Shown: positions 7,799-16,199 of the stretch, one piece after another
Layout of the letters: each line of letters begins with the position of its first letter
Numbering within the stretch: the stretch's first letter is position 1
IMG/VR virus record: IMGVR_UViG_3300027759_000044
Length of the DNA stretch: 64,000 bases
Source of the DNA: a virus
Lineage: Duplodnaviria; Caudoviricetes
Reading direction: 5' to 3' (one strand)
Notes under the pieces: model-generated
Told to the model about the DNA's origin: nothing
Databases searched by the model: none
The model's input: the letters and a program-made list of their open reading frames with translations, nothing else
Made by a program: the position numbers and the translations under genes

Positions 7799-8704
7799 AT
7801 GGAAAATGTTATTGAATGGAATGTTGGTTTAAATGATTTTAAGAAATGTACCCTAATATTAGGAGAACATTCTCATAAATTTACCACAGAATTATTAGAT
7901 GTTCCATTTGAATATGGGCGTAATATTACTGACATATTTAATGACCATTTATCCAATAGACAGACCAAGTATGTAGAGATATTATATAGTGGTGGGTTGG
8001 ATAGTGAATTAGTATTATTGTCTTGTTTGAAAAACAATATACCGGTAATAGCAATAACATTAGTTATTAAAATAGAAGGGTTAATCATTAATACTCACGA
8101 TTTATATTATGCCGAAAAATTTTGTAGAGAAAATGATATAATTCATAAACTTGTTGAATTAGATGCCGATAACTTTTTTCAGAATGGTAAACATTTACCT
8201 TATTTGACACCTTATTATATCACAGAACCTCATGTAGCAACACATTTATGGTTAATTGAACAATGTAATTATTTCCCTATTATGGGCGGTGATTGGCCTT
8301 GGGTACAGACTCATATAGAAAACAAAATGTTATCGCCTAGTAGACTAGAGTTTTCTAGTTATGAAAGGTTTATGAAAGATACAGGTATTAATGGTATTGG
8401 TAATATGATTGGATATAGTTTAGAATCTAGTTGTAAACTAATACAGATACATTTGGATAATCATATAAGTGGTGAGCCCGTATCTAATTTCAAATCACGC
8501 ATGTATCAAACTATGTATCCTGAACTAAAGCCTAGATTAAGAAGTTATGGATGGGAACATCATAAAACTAATTCATTTAATCTAATAAAGTATAAAATAG
8601 ATTTAATTAAACAATTAAAACTTACCACTCCATTTATTAAATGGAATAATACTATAAAAACGCTATTAAATACGTCAACTACTGAAAATGACCAATTCAA
8701 ATAA
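7799..8704 (+). CDS. AsnB-like/adenine-nucleotide alpha-hydrolase (PP-loop) enzyme
   Basis: ILYSGGLDSE PP-loop; similar layout to paralogues at 20.9-31.7 kb. Confidence 0.75.
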   Translation: MENVIEWNVGLNDFKKCTLILGEHSHKFTTELLDVPFEYGRNITDIFNDHLSNRQTKYVEILYSGGLDSELVLLSCLKNNIPVIAITLVIKIEGLIINTHDLYYAEKFCRENDIIHKLVELDADNFFQNGKHLPYLTPYYITEPHVATHLWLIEQCNYFPIMGGDWPWVQTHIENKMLSPSRLEFSSYERFMKDTGINGIGNMIGYSLESSCKLIQIHLDNHISGEPVSNFKSRMYQTMYPELKPRLRSYGWEHHKTNSFNLIKYKIDLIKQLKLTTPFIKWNNTIKTLLNTSTTENDQFK

Positions 8705-9278
8705 ATTTGATACGCATGAATCCTTTTATCACGGGTTGATTAAAAGCAAACTATGGTTATGTGAGGAACTAGAAAAAGCTATATACCGTGAATGTATTAG
8801 TAAACCTTCATTACATATTCTTGGATGTTGGGATAATCTATTAGCATTTATGCTACTTACACGTAATCCTACATTCTATTACGAAGTTCACGGTTATGAT
8901 ATAAATACAGAAGCAATAGCTAATGCTAATAAAATATGTGATATGTGGAAATATGAATCACCTAAAGTTTATAATCATGTGCAGGACGTGAATAACTATG
9001 ATTTTAGTACATGTATAAACAGTATCTTTATCAATTGTAGTATAGACCAAATGGACAGTAATAACTGGTATAATTCAGTGCCAAAAGGAAGATTAGTCTG
9101 TATTCAAACTACTAATATGAAAGATCCTGAATTTCCTTGGTATATTAAACAAACAACCAATAGTTTAGATGAGTTAGTTGATAGGTTTAATCTGAGTAAT
9201 TTGATATATTTCGGTGTAGAAAGTATTCCATATGGAACAGGTGATTATAAACGTTTTATGATTATAGGACGCAAATGA
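8688..9278 (+). CDS. Putative class I SAM-dependent methyltransferase
   Basis: LHILGCW motif I-like, GYDIN acidic motif II, FINCSIDQM. Confidence 0.6.
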   Translation: MTNSNKFDTHESFYHGLIKSKLWLCEELEKAIYRECISKPSLHILGCWDNLLAFMLLTRNPTFYYEVHGYDINTEAIANANKICDMWKYESPKVYNHVQDVNNYDFSTCINSIFINCSIDQMDSNNWYNSVPKGRLVCIQTTNMKDPEFPWYIKQTTNSLDELVDRFNLSNLIYFGVESIPYGTGDYKRFMIIGRK

Positions 9279-9300
9279 TTAGTAAAGAATAAATACATAT

Positions 9301-10191
9301 ATGGATGATTATAAGTATTTTTCACAATTATGCGAAAGCATAGTTACAGAAACCAGCACAGCTATGGCACAATTCACTGGGCCGGGCGCACAGGAAATAT
9401 TAAAACGGTTACATTCTAAAGAAGCTTTTGGACATGATGTTCAGCCTGAACCTGTAGTCAGACCTAAATGGACTGATCTCAAAGACAAGCCCGGAACATG
9501 GTTGCTAATAACAGGTAATAAAGGATTCGGGGCAGTCAAGTTTTTGCCGAGCAGTTTCAGAAGAGGCAGCGGATCATATCAATTGTTAGCTAGCAACGGT
9601 AAACCTGATCCTGATGAAGGCAATATGATATATTCTACCATTTCAGATAATGTTGCTAGTGCTAATAGTTCGTTAAAAGGTATTATAGGTGATGCTAAGA
9701 AATTTTACTTTGTAGATAGTGAATACGCTAAACAATTAAATACCAAACGTGTCGCAAATAAACCAGATCCTGCAGGAATTACAACTGTATCTAAATTGGT
9801 TACTAGATTTAAACCGCTTTTTAAAAAAATATTAGTTGCTTCTAAAGCTGATATCAATGGTGTCATTTCTAATATGGCAAAAAATGATGCTTATCATAAA
9901 GTAGAGAAAAAACTTACACAGGTACAGGCCATTGATAGCTCAATACAAGACTTAGACGATGGTACAATATCTGATTTACTTATTATGGCGGTTAACAACA
10001 GCGTTGTATTGACTGCAAGATATTACTATCCGGATCTAACCGGTAATGTCACTAGTGGATATAGATACCGTGATCTTAGTTTATCATCTGATAAATCTGA
10101 AGGCGTTCAAAAAGTATTAGCAGATATAGCCAACGGCGATAGAGAGAAATTAAGTGCTGTTCTCGCATATCTAAAAAGGAGTTTAGTATAA
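9301..10191 (+). CDS. Hypothetical late protein, probable internal virion protein
   Basis: TAAATA 5 nt upstream; N-terminal FSQLCESIVTE segment typical of prohead-protease-processed jumbo phage proteins. Confidence 0.55.
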   Translation: MDDYKYFSQLCESIVTETSTAMAQFTGPGAQEILKRLHSKEAFGHDVQPEPVVRPKWTDLKDKPGTWLLITGNKGFGAVKFLPSSFRRGSGSYQLLASNGKPDPDEGNMIYSTISDNVASANSSLKGIIGDAKKFYFVDSEYAKQLNTKRVANKPDPAGITTVSKLVTRFKPLFKKILVASKADINGVISNMAKNDAYHKVEKKLTQVQAIDSSIQDLDDGTISDLLIMAVNNSVVLTARYYYPDLTGNVTSGYRYRDLSLSSDKSEGVQKVLADIANGDREKLSAVLAYLKRSLV

Positions 10192-11438
10192 TGAGAGCAA
10201 CACACTTTTTAACAGAAGCAGATATCGGTACTAATATAATGAAAGACCCAAAGCTAGAAAAAATGTTAGCTATAGCTGTTAGACATGATAGAACATTCCC
10301 GCGAAATGAAATAGCAGATATGGGTCCAAAACCTACATATGCTGATTATGTTAAATCCTGGAGTAAATTAGTTAATCAAACACTAGCCAATAATAACTAT
10401 GGTGATTTAAGTAAAGATATTAAATTTGCCAATTGGTTATTAAAATTATATGTAAATCATGCGCTAGACTATGAAGATTTGAATGGTGAGGGCGGTGATG
10501 CATTAGGTGCTTGGCAAGCATTAAGCACACGTGGTTTGTTAAAGAAACCAGATCAAGATTTAAATAATAAAAAGTTTACTAGTTTACGTGCATTGCAAAA
10601 GGCAATGGAAAGAGATGAGTATCGTACTACTCTCCGAAAAATTAAAGATGCTGAAGAATTAGAGAAACATAAACGCACTAGAAAAGAAATAGTATTAATA
10701 GACAATGATAGATTTCATGTTATCATGCCATTAAACTATGGTGCTTGTTATACATTTAATAATCAAACTGGACACATGAGTAATTTCTGTACAGGTGGTT
10801 CTAGTGGGCATAATTGGTTTAATAATTATGCCCCTGATGGTCCTATCGTAAGTATTGTTGATAAACAAAATATTAATAATAAAAATGGTAAGTGGCAATT
10901 ACATGCACCTACTAGCCAACTAGTAAATAGTACACAAGATCAAAGATATAATAGAGTTGGCGCTGATGCTGAGTTTGCTAAAAGATTCCCTGGCTTGATG
11001 AAAGAAATTGTTAGAGCGATACTTACAAAAGCAAATGAAGTAAAAGAAGGTAGTAAAAAAATTGCCCCGCCTGAAGGATATGATGTTAGAGAAGCAGCCA
11101 AGCAGATTGTAGCAAAGTTCCCTCAGAGTTACAAATCAACTCCGGGAGCGCCAGGAAAAAATCTACCACCTGATAATACTGAGTATGTAACTGTTGTAGA
11201 TCAACCAGATGAACCGGAACCAACTCAGCCAACACAAGCAACCAACCCATTTGCTGAACCTGAAGGTCCAAACATAAGTGATTGGAGAATATATAATGCA
11301 GGACGACAAGTTGCTACAGCAGTAAATAAAACACAACAACAAGCTATGCAAGAACTAGAAAAATATGCTGTAAAGAATAGAATACCTAGAGGTCGTATGT
11401 ATTTACAAGATTATTCTAACAATCAAATAGTCAGATGA
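10191..11438 (+). CDS. Hypothetical late protein, probable internal virion protein
   Basis: N-terminus MRATHFLTEAD; GACYTFN...FCTGG...WFNNY domain; Pro-rich linker. Confidence 0.55.
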   Translation: MRATHFLTEADIGTNIMKDPKLEKMLAIAVRHDRTFPRNEIADMGPKPTYADYVKSWSKLVNQTLANNNYGDLSKDIKFANWLLKLYVNHALDYEDLNGEGGDALGAWQALSTRGLLKKPDQDLNNKKFTSLRALQKAMERDEYRTTLRKIKDAEELEKHKRTRKEIVLIDNDRFHVIMPLNYGACYTFNNQTGHMSNFCTGGSSGHNWFNNYAPDGPIVSIVDKQNINNKNGKWQLHAPTSQLVNSTQDQRYNRVGADAEFAKRFPGLMKEIVRAILTKANEVKEGSKKIAPPEGYDVREAAKQIVAKFPQSYKSTPGAPGKNLPPDNTEYVTVVDQPDEPEPTQPTQATNPFAEPEGPNISDWRIYNAGRQVATAVNKTQQQAMQELEKYAVKNRIPRGRMYLQDYSNNQIVR

Positions 11439-11445
11439 TAGCCAA

Positions 11446-11473
11446 AAAAATAGACCCCGAAGGGTCTATTTTT
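11446..11473. terminator. Bidirectional intrinsic terminator
   Basis: AAAAATAGACCC-CGAA-GGGTCTATTTTT between convergent genes. Confidence 0.88.
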
Positions 11474-12074
11474 ACATTACAATTCCATTACCGTTCTTAA
11501 ATCCTACAGTACCACCCTCTGCTTCAATACGTTTTATAACATCTTCAAACAGTATGGGTCTATAGTCTGTATGTTCAACACATACGCAATGATAACGAAC
11601 ATCAATATAATGTCTACTACCACGTTGGTGAAACTCATGTAATGTTTCAACGTGTTTCATTACACGGTTAGCATGTAAGTGCCCGTGAATGTTAACACCA
11701 AATCTTCCCAATGATTCTTCATGTATTGGAATGTGACTTAATATCATTCCATTCATAACATGATAAGCACGTAGTTCACGGAAGTATTCTCTATACTCAT
11801 CATCACGGAAAATATCATGGTTACCACGAATCAATACTTTATCACCGTTTAAGCGACTCATAATCTTTAATGCTTTACGGTTAATGACAACATCGCCCAA
11901 GTGATATACTTTATCCTTAGGTCTAACTGTTTCATTCCAACGCTTAACCATTTCTTCATCCATTTCATCAGGATCAGTCCATGGCCTTAATTTTGTAACA
12001 CCATCGTTACGTGTGAAATGACATACTCCGGAATGCCCGAAGTGTGTGTCACTTGTTAAAAATACTGCGGGCAT
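11472..12074 (-). CDS. Calcineurin-like metallophosphoesterase
   Basis: SDTHFGH, HLGDV, RGNHD, SHIP, NIHGHLH motifs. Confidence 0.92.
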   Translation of the reverse strand: MPAVFLTSDTHFGHSGVCHFTRNDGVTKLRPWTDPDEMDEEMVKRWNETVRPKDKVYHLGDVVINRKALKIMSRLNGDKVLIRGNHDIFRDDEYREYFRELRAYHVMNGMILSHIPIHEESLGRFGVNIHGHLHANRVMKHVETLHEFHQRGSRHYIDVRYHCVCVEHTDYRPILFEDVIKRIEAEGGTVGFKNGNGIVM

Positions 12075-12088
12075 ATAATTCCTTTATT

Positions 12089-12163
12089 TGGCATACCCCC
12101 AAGGATTCGAACCTTGCCTTGCGGTTTTGGAGACCGATGTGCTGCCGCTAACACCAGGGATAC
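12089..12163 (-). tRNA. trnW: tRNA-Trp(CCA)
   Basis: Cloverleaf, loop CTCCAAA, T-loop GGTTCGAATCC, encoded CCA. Confidence 0.9.
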
Positions 12164-12168
12164 ATTGT

Positions 12169-12390
12169 TTACAAATTCTTTCTAATTCGTTTAAGATATT
12201 CACGTCCAACAAGTCCTTGTTCAATTTCTTCTAATGCAGTTACCATTGGCCCTGATTTAGTATTAAGCATAGAACGATGTCCTCGTTTTAATTCTCTTAC
12301 ACGTTGTGAGGCGATAAGAACTAAATCAAAACGATTACCGACCATGAGTGCGGCTTCTTCACTTGTATATCTTGCTCTGCTTTGTGACAT
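12169..12390 (-). CDS. rpoZ: RNA polymerase omega subunit
   Basis: 73 aa from MSQSRARYTSEEAALMVGNRFDLVLIASQRVRELKRG...VTALEEIEQG; matches omega signature NRFDLVLxAxxRARxL...ALxEI. Confidence 0.88.
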   Translation of the reverse strand: MSQSRARYTSEEAALMVGNRFDLVLIASQRVRELKRGHRSMLNTKSGPMVTALEEIEQGLVGREYLKRIRKNL

Positions 12391-12410
12391 AATTTTCCTT
12401 TTAAAAATTT

Positions 12411-12486
12411 TGGTGGGTCGTGACAGGCTCGAACTGCCGACATTCTGCGTGTAAGGCAGACGCTCTACCAACTGAGCTAACGACCC
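12411..12486 (-). tRNA. trnV: tRNA-Val(TAC)
   Basis: Cloverleaf, loop CTTACAC, CCA end. Confidence 0.93.
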
Positions 12487-12491
12487 GATGT

Positions 12492-12671
12492 TTAACCACC
12501 TTGGTTACTATCTTTAACTTCTGTTTGACTAGCAATTCTTTCAAATGCTTCATCTTCTATTTGTTGATCCTCAATCATTCTTGGATCTGGCTTACGAAAG
12601 ATATTATCCCAGTTATTATTAAACGTATTTAAATCTACGCTATATGGTCTAGGAAGACTACCTTTGCTCAT
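12492..12671 (-). CDS. Small hypothetical protein (59 aa, MSKGSLPRP...)
   Basis: Hand-translated; start overlaps upstream stop. Confidence 0.6.
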   Translation of the reverse strand: MSKGSLPRPYSVDLNTFNNNWDNIFRKPDPRMIEDQQIEDEAFERIASQTEVKDSNQGG

Positions 12672-12835
12672 TTGCTATTATCCTTGCGAGAACTTGTACG
12701 TGAATTGCTTTTTTCAATTTCAACAAAACTACGAATAAAAGCTCCACGTTCATGTGCATCACGAATTAGTGTTGCCGCACGTTTAACTGCTTTAGGGATT
12801 TTAACTGCCCTTGAATCATAACCTCTACATGTCAT
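12668..12835 (-). CDS. Small basic hypothetical protein (55 aa, MTCRGYDSRAVKIPK...)
   Basis: Hand-translated; SD GAGGA. Confidence 0.6.
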   Translation of the reverse strand: MTCRGYDSRAVKIPKAVKRAATLIRDAHERGAFIRSFVEIEKSNSRTSSRKDNSK

Positions 12836-12860
12836 ACTATTTCCTCTTTTAAAAAATCAT

Positions 12861-12934
12861 TGGTCTCGGTAGCAGGAATCGAACCTACGCTCGAACGTCC
12901 CAAACGTTCAGTGATACCATTTCACCATACCGAG
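12861..12934 (-). tRNA. trnP: tRNA-Pro(TGG)
   Basis: Anticodon arm GAACG-TTTGGGA-CGTTC, CCA end. Confidence 0.92.
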
Positions 12935-12940
12935 ATAAAC

Positions 12941-13090
12941 TTAACTTGGTATTATATGTGGTATATATGGAACATTACGTGGACCATGTCGCTGTTCAAG
13001 TAGCTTTTTAGCTTCTTGTACATTTGGTGCGTACACTTTGTCCTTTTTATCACCTTCCGGTGTTCTTACTGTTGTTTCATACATTGGCAT
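12941..13090 (-). CDS. Small hypothetical protein (49 aa, MPMYETTVRTPEG...)
   Basis: Hand-translated; SD AGGAG; ends approximate. Confidence 0.55.
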   Translation of the reverse strand: MPMYETTVRTPEGDKKDKVYAPNVQEAKKLLEQRHGPRNVPYIPHIIPS

Positions 13091-13141
13091 ATAATTCTCC
13101 TATTTGGTTACGCCATACGGCACTTAAACTATTTTATTTGG

Positions 13142-13672
13142 TTAATATGCCCAAATAACTCCTGAAAAACGTGTTCCTTTTGTTACTTCTGTCACACCAT
13201 GTCGATATAAAAAGGTAGAAGGGAACAGTAATACATCACCTTGACTTAATTTTATAACTTCATCGTTCATTGTAAAATTTCCACCTTCAAAATCATCATT
13301 AAAAACTAATATCATAGATATAACAGGAATACCATCATCTTTATTTCTTCTAATTAAATCATAGTGAGGTGACATTATAGTACCGACTGAATATTTGTTT
13401 AATCTTAACTCAGAACAAAATGATACTATCATATCCATATTCAATTCTATTAAATATTCCAGCATTGCTTGATGTATGTAAGGGTCTATATAATCAACAT
13501 TATTAAATAATACATCTAATTCTCTATTATGCTGAGGGCCGTATTTATCTGCTCCAGCACTGTACCATGCATGTTGTACCCAATTAGGATGATCTTTATG
13601 TTCTCTAATTACTTTTTCACAAATATCTTTTGGTATAATATTATATATTTTACAATAGTCTTTGATTTCCAT
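13142..13672 (-). CDS. 2OG-Fe(II) oxygenase (prolyl-4-hydroxylase/PKHD-like)
   Basis: HYD...LVFNDDFEGGNF...YRHGVTEVTKGTR facial triad and Arg. Confidence 0.88.
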   Translation of the reverse strand: MEIKDYCKIYNIIPKDICEKVIREHKDHPNWVQHAWYSAGADKYGPQHNRELDVLFNNVDYIDPYIHQAMLEYLIELNMDMIVSFCSELRLNKYSVGTIMSPHYDLIRRNKDDGIPVISMILVFNDDFEGGNFTMNDEVIKLSQGDVLLFPSTFLYRHGVTEVTKGTRFSGVIWAY

Positions 13673-13689
13673 AAGTTCACCTTTAAATT

Positions 13690-13764
13690 TGGATGCGGGG
13701 GACGGATTCGCACCGCCGATCTTCAGGTTATGAGCCTGATGAGTTACTACTTCTCTACCCCGCG
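13690..13764 (-). tRNA. tRNA-fMet(CAT), initiator type
   Basis: CGCGGGG acceptor with C1:A72 mismatch, loop CTCATAA; atypical T-loop TGCGAAT. Confidence 0.85.
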
Positions 13765-13770
13765 CTATCT

Positions 13771-13846
13771 TGGTGGAGGAGACAGGGATCGAACCTGCGA
13801 CCTATTGCTTGCAAAGCAACCGCTCTCCCAACTGAGCTACACCCCC
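13771..13846 (-). tRNA. trnA: tRNA-Ala(TGC)
   Basis: Cloverleaf, loop TTTGCAA, CCA end. Confidence 0.92.
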
Positions 13847-13855
13847 AAATACTTT

Positions 13856-13940
13856 TGGTGCCCTAGGTCGGACTCGAACCGACACATATTTCTACGCCAG
13901 AACCTAAATCTGGTGCGTCTACCAATTTCGCCACCAGGGC
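13856..13940 (-). tRNA. trnL: tRNA-Leu(TAG)
   Basis: Long variable arm, loop TTTAGGT, CCA end. Confidence 0.92.
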
Positions 13941-14000
13941 ATTCATTTCAATACTTATTGTAACATAAAACTATTTAGTTGTCTACTACTTTGGATAACT

Positions 14001-14074
14001 TGGAGCGGGGTAACAGAATCGAACTGTCAGCATTAGCTTGGAAGGCTAAGGTATTACCACTATACGAACCCCGC
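14001..14074 (-). tRNA. trnG: tRNA-Gly(TCC)
   Basis: Loop CTTCCAA, CCA end. Confidence 0.93.
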
Positions 14075-14100
14075 AAAAAAGCCCACAGTATTTAGTGGGC
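14075..14100 (-). terminator. Intrinsic terminator whose loop contains the late promoter core
   Basis: Minus strand GCCCAC-TAAATACT-GTGGGC-TTTTTT immediately 5' of tRNA-Gly. Confidence 0.7.
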
Positions 14101-14122
14101 CCTTTGTCTGTGTGTGAAAGTT

Positions 14123-14362
14123 TTATTTCCTATCAAAGGCCCAGAATAAAACTCCTAGAGCAACAAGACCTACTAGACCTTGACTACCCAATGCTGTCAC
14201 AAACTTTAATACATTACCTAAAATGTCTAAACCTATGAATGGCACTGCCGCTCCGAAAATGATTTGTAAGATTACGCCTACTGCTAATAACTTGATACCT
14301 AAGTCAACTACGTGCCCTAGAAATCCACCAGCAATATCGAATGCGTTATTCATTTTTTCCAT
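14123..14362 (-). CDS. Small membrane protein
   Basis: Hydrophobic helices; SD AAGGA before MEKMNNAF. Confidence 0.75.
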   Translation of the reverse strand: MEKMNNAFDIAGGFLGHVVDLGIKLLAVGVILQIIFGAAVPFIGLDILGNVLKFVTALGSQGLVGLVALGVLFWAFDRK

Positions 14363-14469
14363 GTTTTTGTTTCCTTTCACAAACTAATATTTACCTCTTT
14401 GTGAAGGCTTCAAAGCACATTCTCTTTACATTATTAGACTATTCTTATTACACAATAAGTCTATATATT

Positions 14470-14545
14470 TGGAGTAGGTGACAGGAGTCGAACCTGCATA
14501 GCACGGATTTGCAATCCGCTACCTAACCATTCGGTACACACCTAC
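14470..14545 (-). tRNA. trnC: tRNA-Cys(GCA)
   Basis: Loop TTGCAAA, U73, CCA end. Confidence 0.92.
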
Positions 14546-14550
14546 ATAAA

Positions 14551-14637
14551 AGCATATTGAAACACACTAACTACCTTGGTATGTACTAAAGTTCAATGAA
14601 CCGCTACGACCCTATCTTTAATGTGCTTCAATATGCT
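14551..14637 (-). ncRNA. Hairpin RNA, 20-bp stem + 47-nt loop (element A)
   Basis: AGCATATTGAAGCACATTAA / TTAGTGTGTTTCAATATGCT pair fully on minus strand with two G-U wobbles; 5 nt before tRNA-Cys. Confidence 0.65.
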
Positions 14638-14639
14638 CT

Positions 14640-14832
14640 GCGTCCCCCGGCGGTAATTATAGTACAAAAAGATATGACGCTATCATACCCCTCACACGTA
14701 CCTTCCACCCGCTTCCCGACAGGGACCGTTCTCGCATTGCTAGCGGCCTTTGGGTTTAAAGACTACCACCCGTAGTTGTCACACTACTTCTCATCCTGCG
14801 GGTCACAGTATCCGGAGACACCCGGAACGTTC
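14640..14832 (-). ncRNA. Unidentified GC-rich structured RNA (~190 nt)
   Basis: Hairpins TCCGG/CCGGA, ACTAC/GTAGT, GGTATGAT/GTCATATC (G-U on minus), possible closing CGTTCC/GGGACG. Confidence 0.55.
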
Positions 14833-14847
14833 TTTTATAAATACAGT

Positions 14848-15030
14848 ATGGAACTACAAAACTGTATTGATGTTGTTGAAAAGTTGTTGCGTCAAAACAA
14901 ACGTAATTACAAAGATAGCCACGAACAATTGTTATATGAACGAGGATACCTTACTGGATTACTTGCTAGATTGATGAATGATGACCCTCATATTCTACAT
15001 AAAGTCATAAACAAAACAAATAATCGCTAA
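14848..15030 (+). CDS. Small hypothetical late protein (60 aa)
   Basis: TATAAATA 4 nt before ATG 14848; LYERGYLTGLLARL. Confidence 0.65.
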   Translation: MELQNCIDVVEKLLRQNKRNYKDSHEQLLYERGYLTGLLARLMNDDPHILHKVINKTNNR

Positions 15031-15031
15031 T

Positions 15032-15123
15032 TGGTGGAGACGGTGAGATTCGAACTCACGGTACATATTACTACATACGACAGGTTAGCAACCTGCTGCC
15101 TTAGGCCACTCGGCCACGTCTCC
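15032..15123 (-). tRNA. trnS: tRNA-Ser(GCT)
   Basis: Long variable arm, loop TTGCTAA, CCA end. Confidence 0.92.
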
Positions 15124-15137
15124 TGATAAATACAAAA

Positions 15138-15659
15138 ATGCAACACAATTTCTTTTACAAAAAAATAGGTAACATATCTGATGATTTGCTTTACGGTTTA
15201 CAAAGTGATGCAATATCTGCAACATATAAATCAACTTCAGATTTTTCATCCAATGTATTAACTACCAGTAATAGAGTTAACAGTAAATTACTTATTAAGT
15301 TATTTACTGAGCTAGCTACTGTGTTTAAAATTATAGGTCATATAGGCACTAATTATGCTAAAATGTATCCATTGAGTTATCTCAAAGAACATAGCGACCT
15401 TTCGTCATATGAAAAAGAACCATTGAATTATTCAACTATGGTAAAATTGCAAATCCCTATCATAACAAATGAAAAAGTAGGAATGATGTGGGCACCAACT
15501 CCTAATGAAACTACACTTGTTAACTTTGATATAGGTGGAATTTACATTATCGATAATGTAAGAACTCACTCTGTGGTAAATCTAAGCAATGAATATAGAT
15601 ATAATCTAACCTCTAGATGGAAGGTTGATTCATTACTTGATACATCAATCTTAGAGTAA
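15138..15659 (+). CDS. Asp/Asn beta-hydroxylase-like 2OG oxygenase
   Basis: LKEHSD...KLQIPIITNEK...IDNVRTHSVVNLSNEYRYNL. Confidence 0.75.
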   Translation: MQHNFFYKKIGNISDDLLYGLQSDAISATYKSTSDFSSNVLTTSNRVNSKLLIKLFTELATVFKIIGHIGTNYAKMYPLSYLKEHSDLSSYEKEPLNYSTMVKLQIPIITNEKVGMMWAPTPNETTLVNFDIGGIYIIDNVRTHSVVNLSNEYRYNLTSRWKVDSLLDTSILE

Positions 15660-15662
15660 TAC

Positions 15663-15739
15663 TGGTGCCTCCACCTGGACTCGAACCAGGAACCAACGGA
15701 TTATGAGTCCGCTGCGCTAACCAATTGCGCTATAGAGGC
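15663..15739 (-). tRNA. tRNA-Ile2(CAT, lysidine type)
   Basis: Anticodon arm GCGGA-CTCATAA-TCCGT and overall similarity to bacterial Ile2; Met identity not excluded. Confidence 0.78.
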
Positions 15740-15748
15740 ATCATTCTT

Positions 15749-15833
15749 TGGTGCGAGTGCCCGGAATCGAACCGGGATGCCGTTAAGCGAGAGATTTTAA
15801 GTCTCTTGTGTCTACCTATTTCACCACACTCGC
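15749..15833 (-). tRNA. trnL: tRNA-Leu(TAA)
   Basis: Loop CTTAAAA, long variable arm, CCA end. Confidence 0.93.
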
Positions 15834-15846
15834 AAATCATGTTATC

Positions 15847-15875
15847 ATTATATATCAATCAATGATTGTAGTCAA
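15847..15875 (-). promoter_or_regulatory. Internal sigma70 promoter in tRNA cluster
   Basis: TTGACT-17 nt-TATAAT just upstream of tRNA-Leu(TAA). Confidence 0.7.
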
Positions 15876-15894
15876 ATATTATGGTTAACTAACT

Positions 15895-15969
15895 TGGCGG
15901 TCCCAGCGGGTAACGATCCCGCTCCTCATGCGTGACAGGCATGTATGCGTCCATGAACACTTTGAGACC
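15895..15969 (-). tRNA. trnD: tRNA-Asp(GTC)
   Basis: Loop CTGTCAC, G73, CCA end; atypical T-loop ATCGTTA. Confidence 0.88.
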
Positions 15970-15978
15970 TAATACTGA

Positions 15979-16037
15979 ATAGGACACCCCTTTGGCCTAG
16001 GTCATTTAAGAGTACGCCTGCCCAGCGACTCTCCTAT
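15979..16037 (-). ncRNA. Possible hairpin RNA, 6-bp stem + 47-nt loop (element B)
   Basis: ATAGGA/TCCTAT closing pair, GC-rich interior with GAGT-CGC/GCG-TACTC hairpin; between tRNA-Tyr and tRNA-Asp. Confidence 0.35.
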
Positions 16038-16042
16038 ATTCT

Positions 16043-16127
16043 TGGTGGAGATTACTGGGATCGAACCAGTCGTGCTATAAAGCGGCGGATTTACAATCCA
16101 CTGCATCACCATTGATGCTTCATCTCC
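16043..16127 (-). tRNA. trnY: tRNA-Tyr(GTA)
   Basis: Loop TTGTAAA, long variable arm, CCA end. Confidence 0.92.
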
Positions 16128-16131
16128 GAGA

Positions 16132-16194
16132 TGAGTTACGGTTGCAAGACCTAGTGTCTCATTACTGAGAGAAGTATCAGGGCGATGTAACTCA
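16132..16194 (-). ncRNA. Hairpin RNA, 8-bp stem + 47-nt loop (element C)
   Basis: TGAGTTAC/GTAACTCA; central TCTCA-GTAA-TGAGA GNRA hairpin; 4 nt before tRNA-Tyr. Confidence 0.55.
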
Positions 16195-16199
16195 AAAAA

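Noticed and set aside
14571-14617. Similarity of element A loop to 16S rRNA 3' region (GTCGTA, CAAGGTAG)
   Set aside because: Two short non-contiguous matches, compatible with chance.
15970-16042. Theta (HDV-like) or pistol ribozyme after tRNA-Tyr
   Set aside because: A GGGCA/TGTCC pseudoknot and TAAAT are possible, but helix order and catalytic residues do not fit either consensus by eye.
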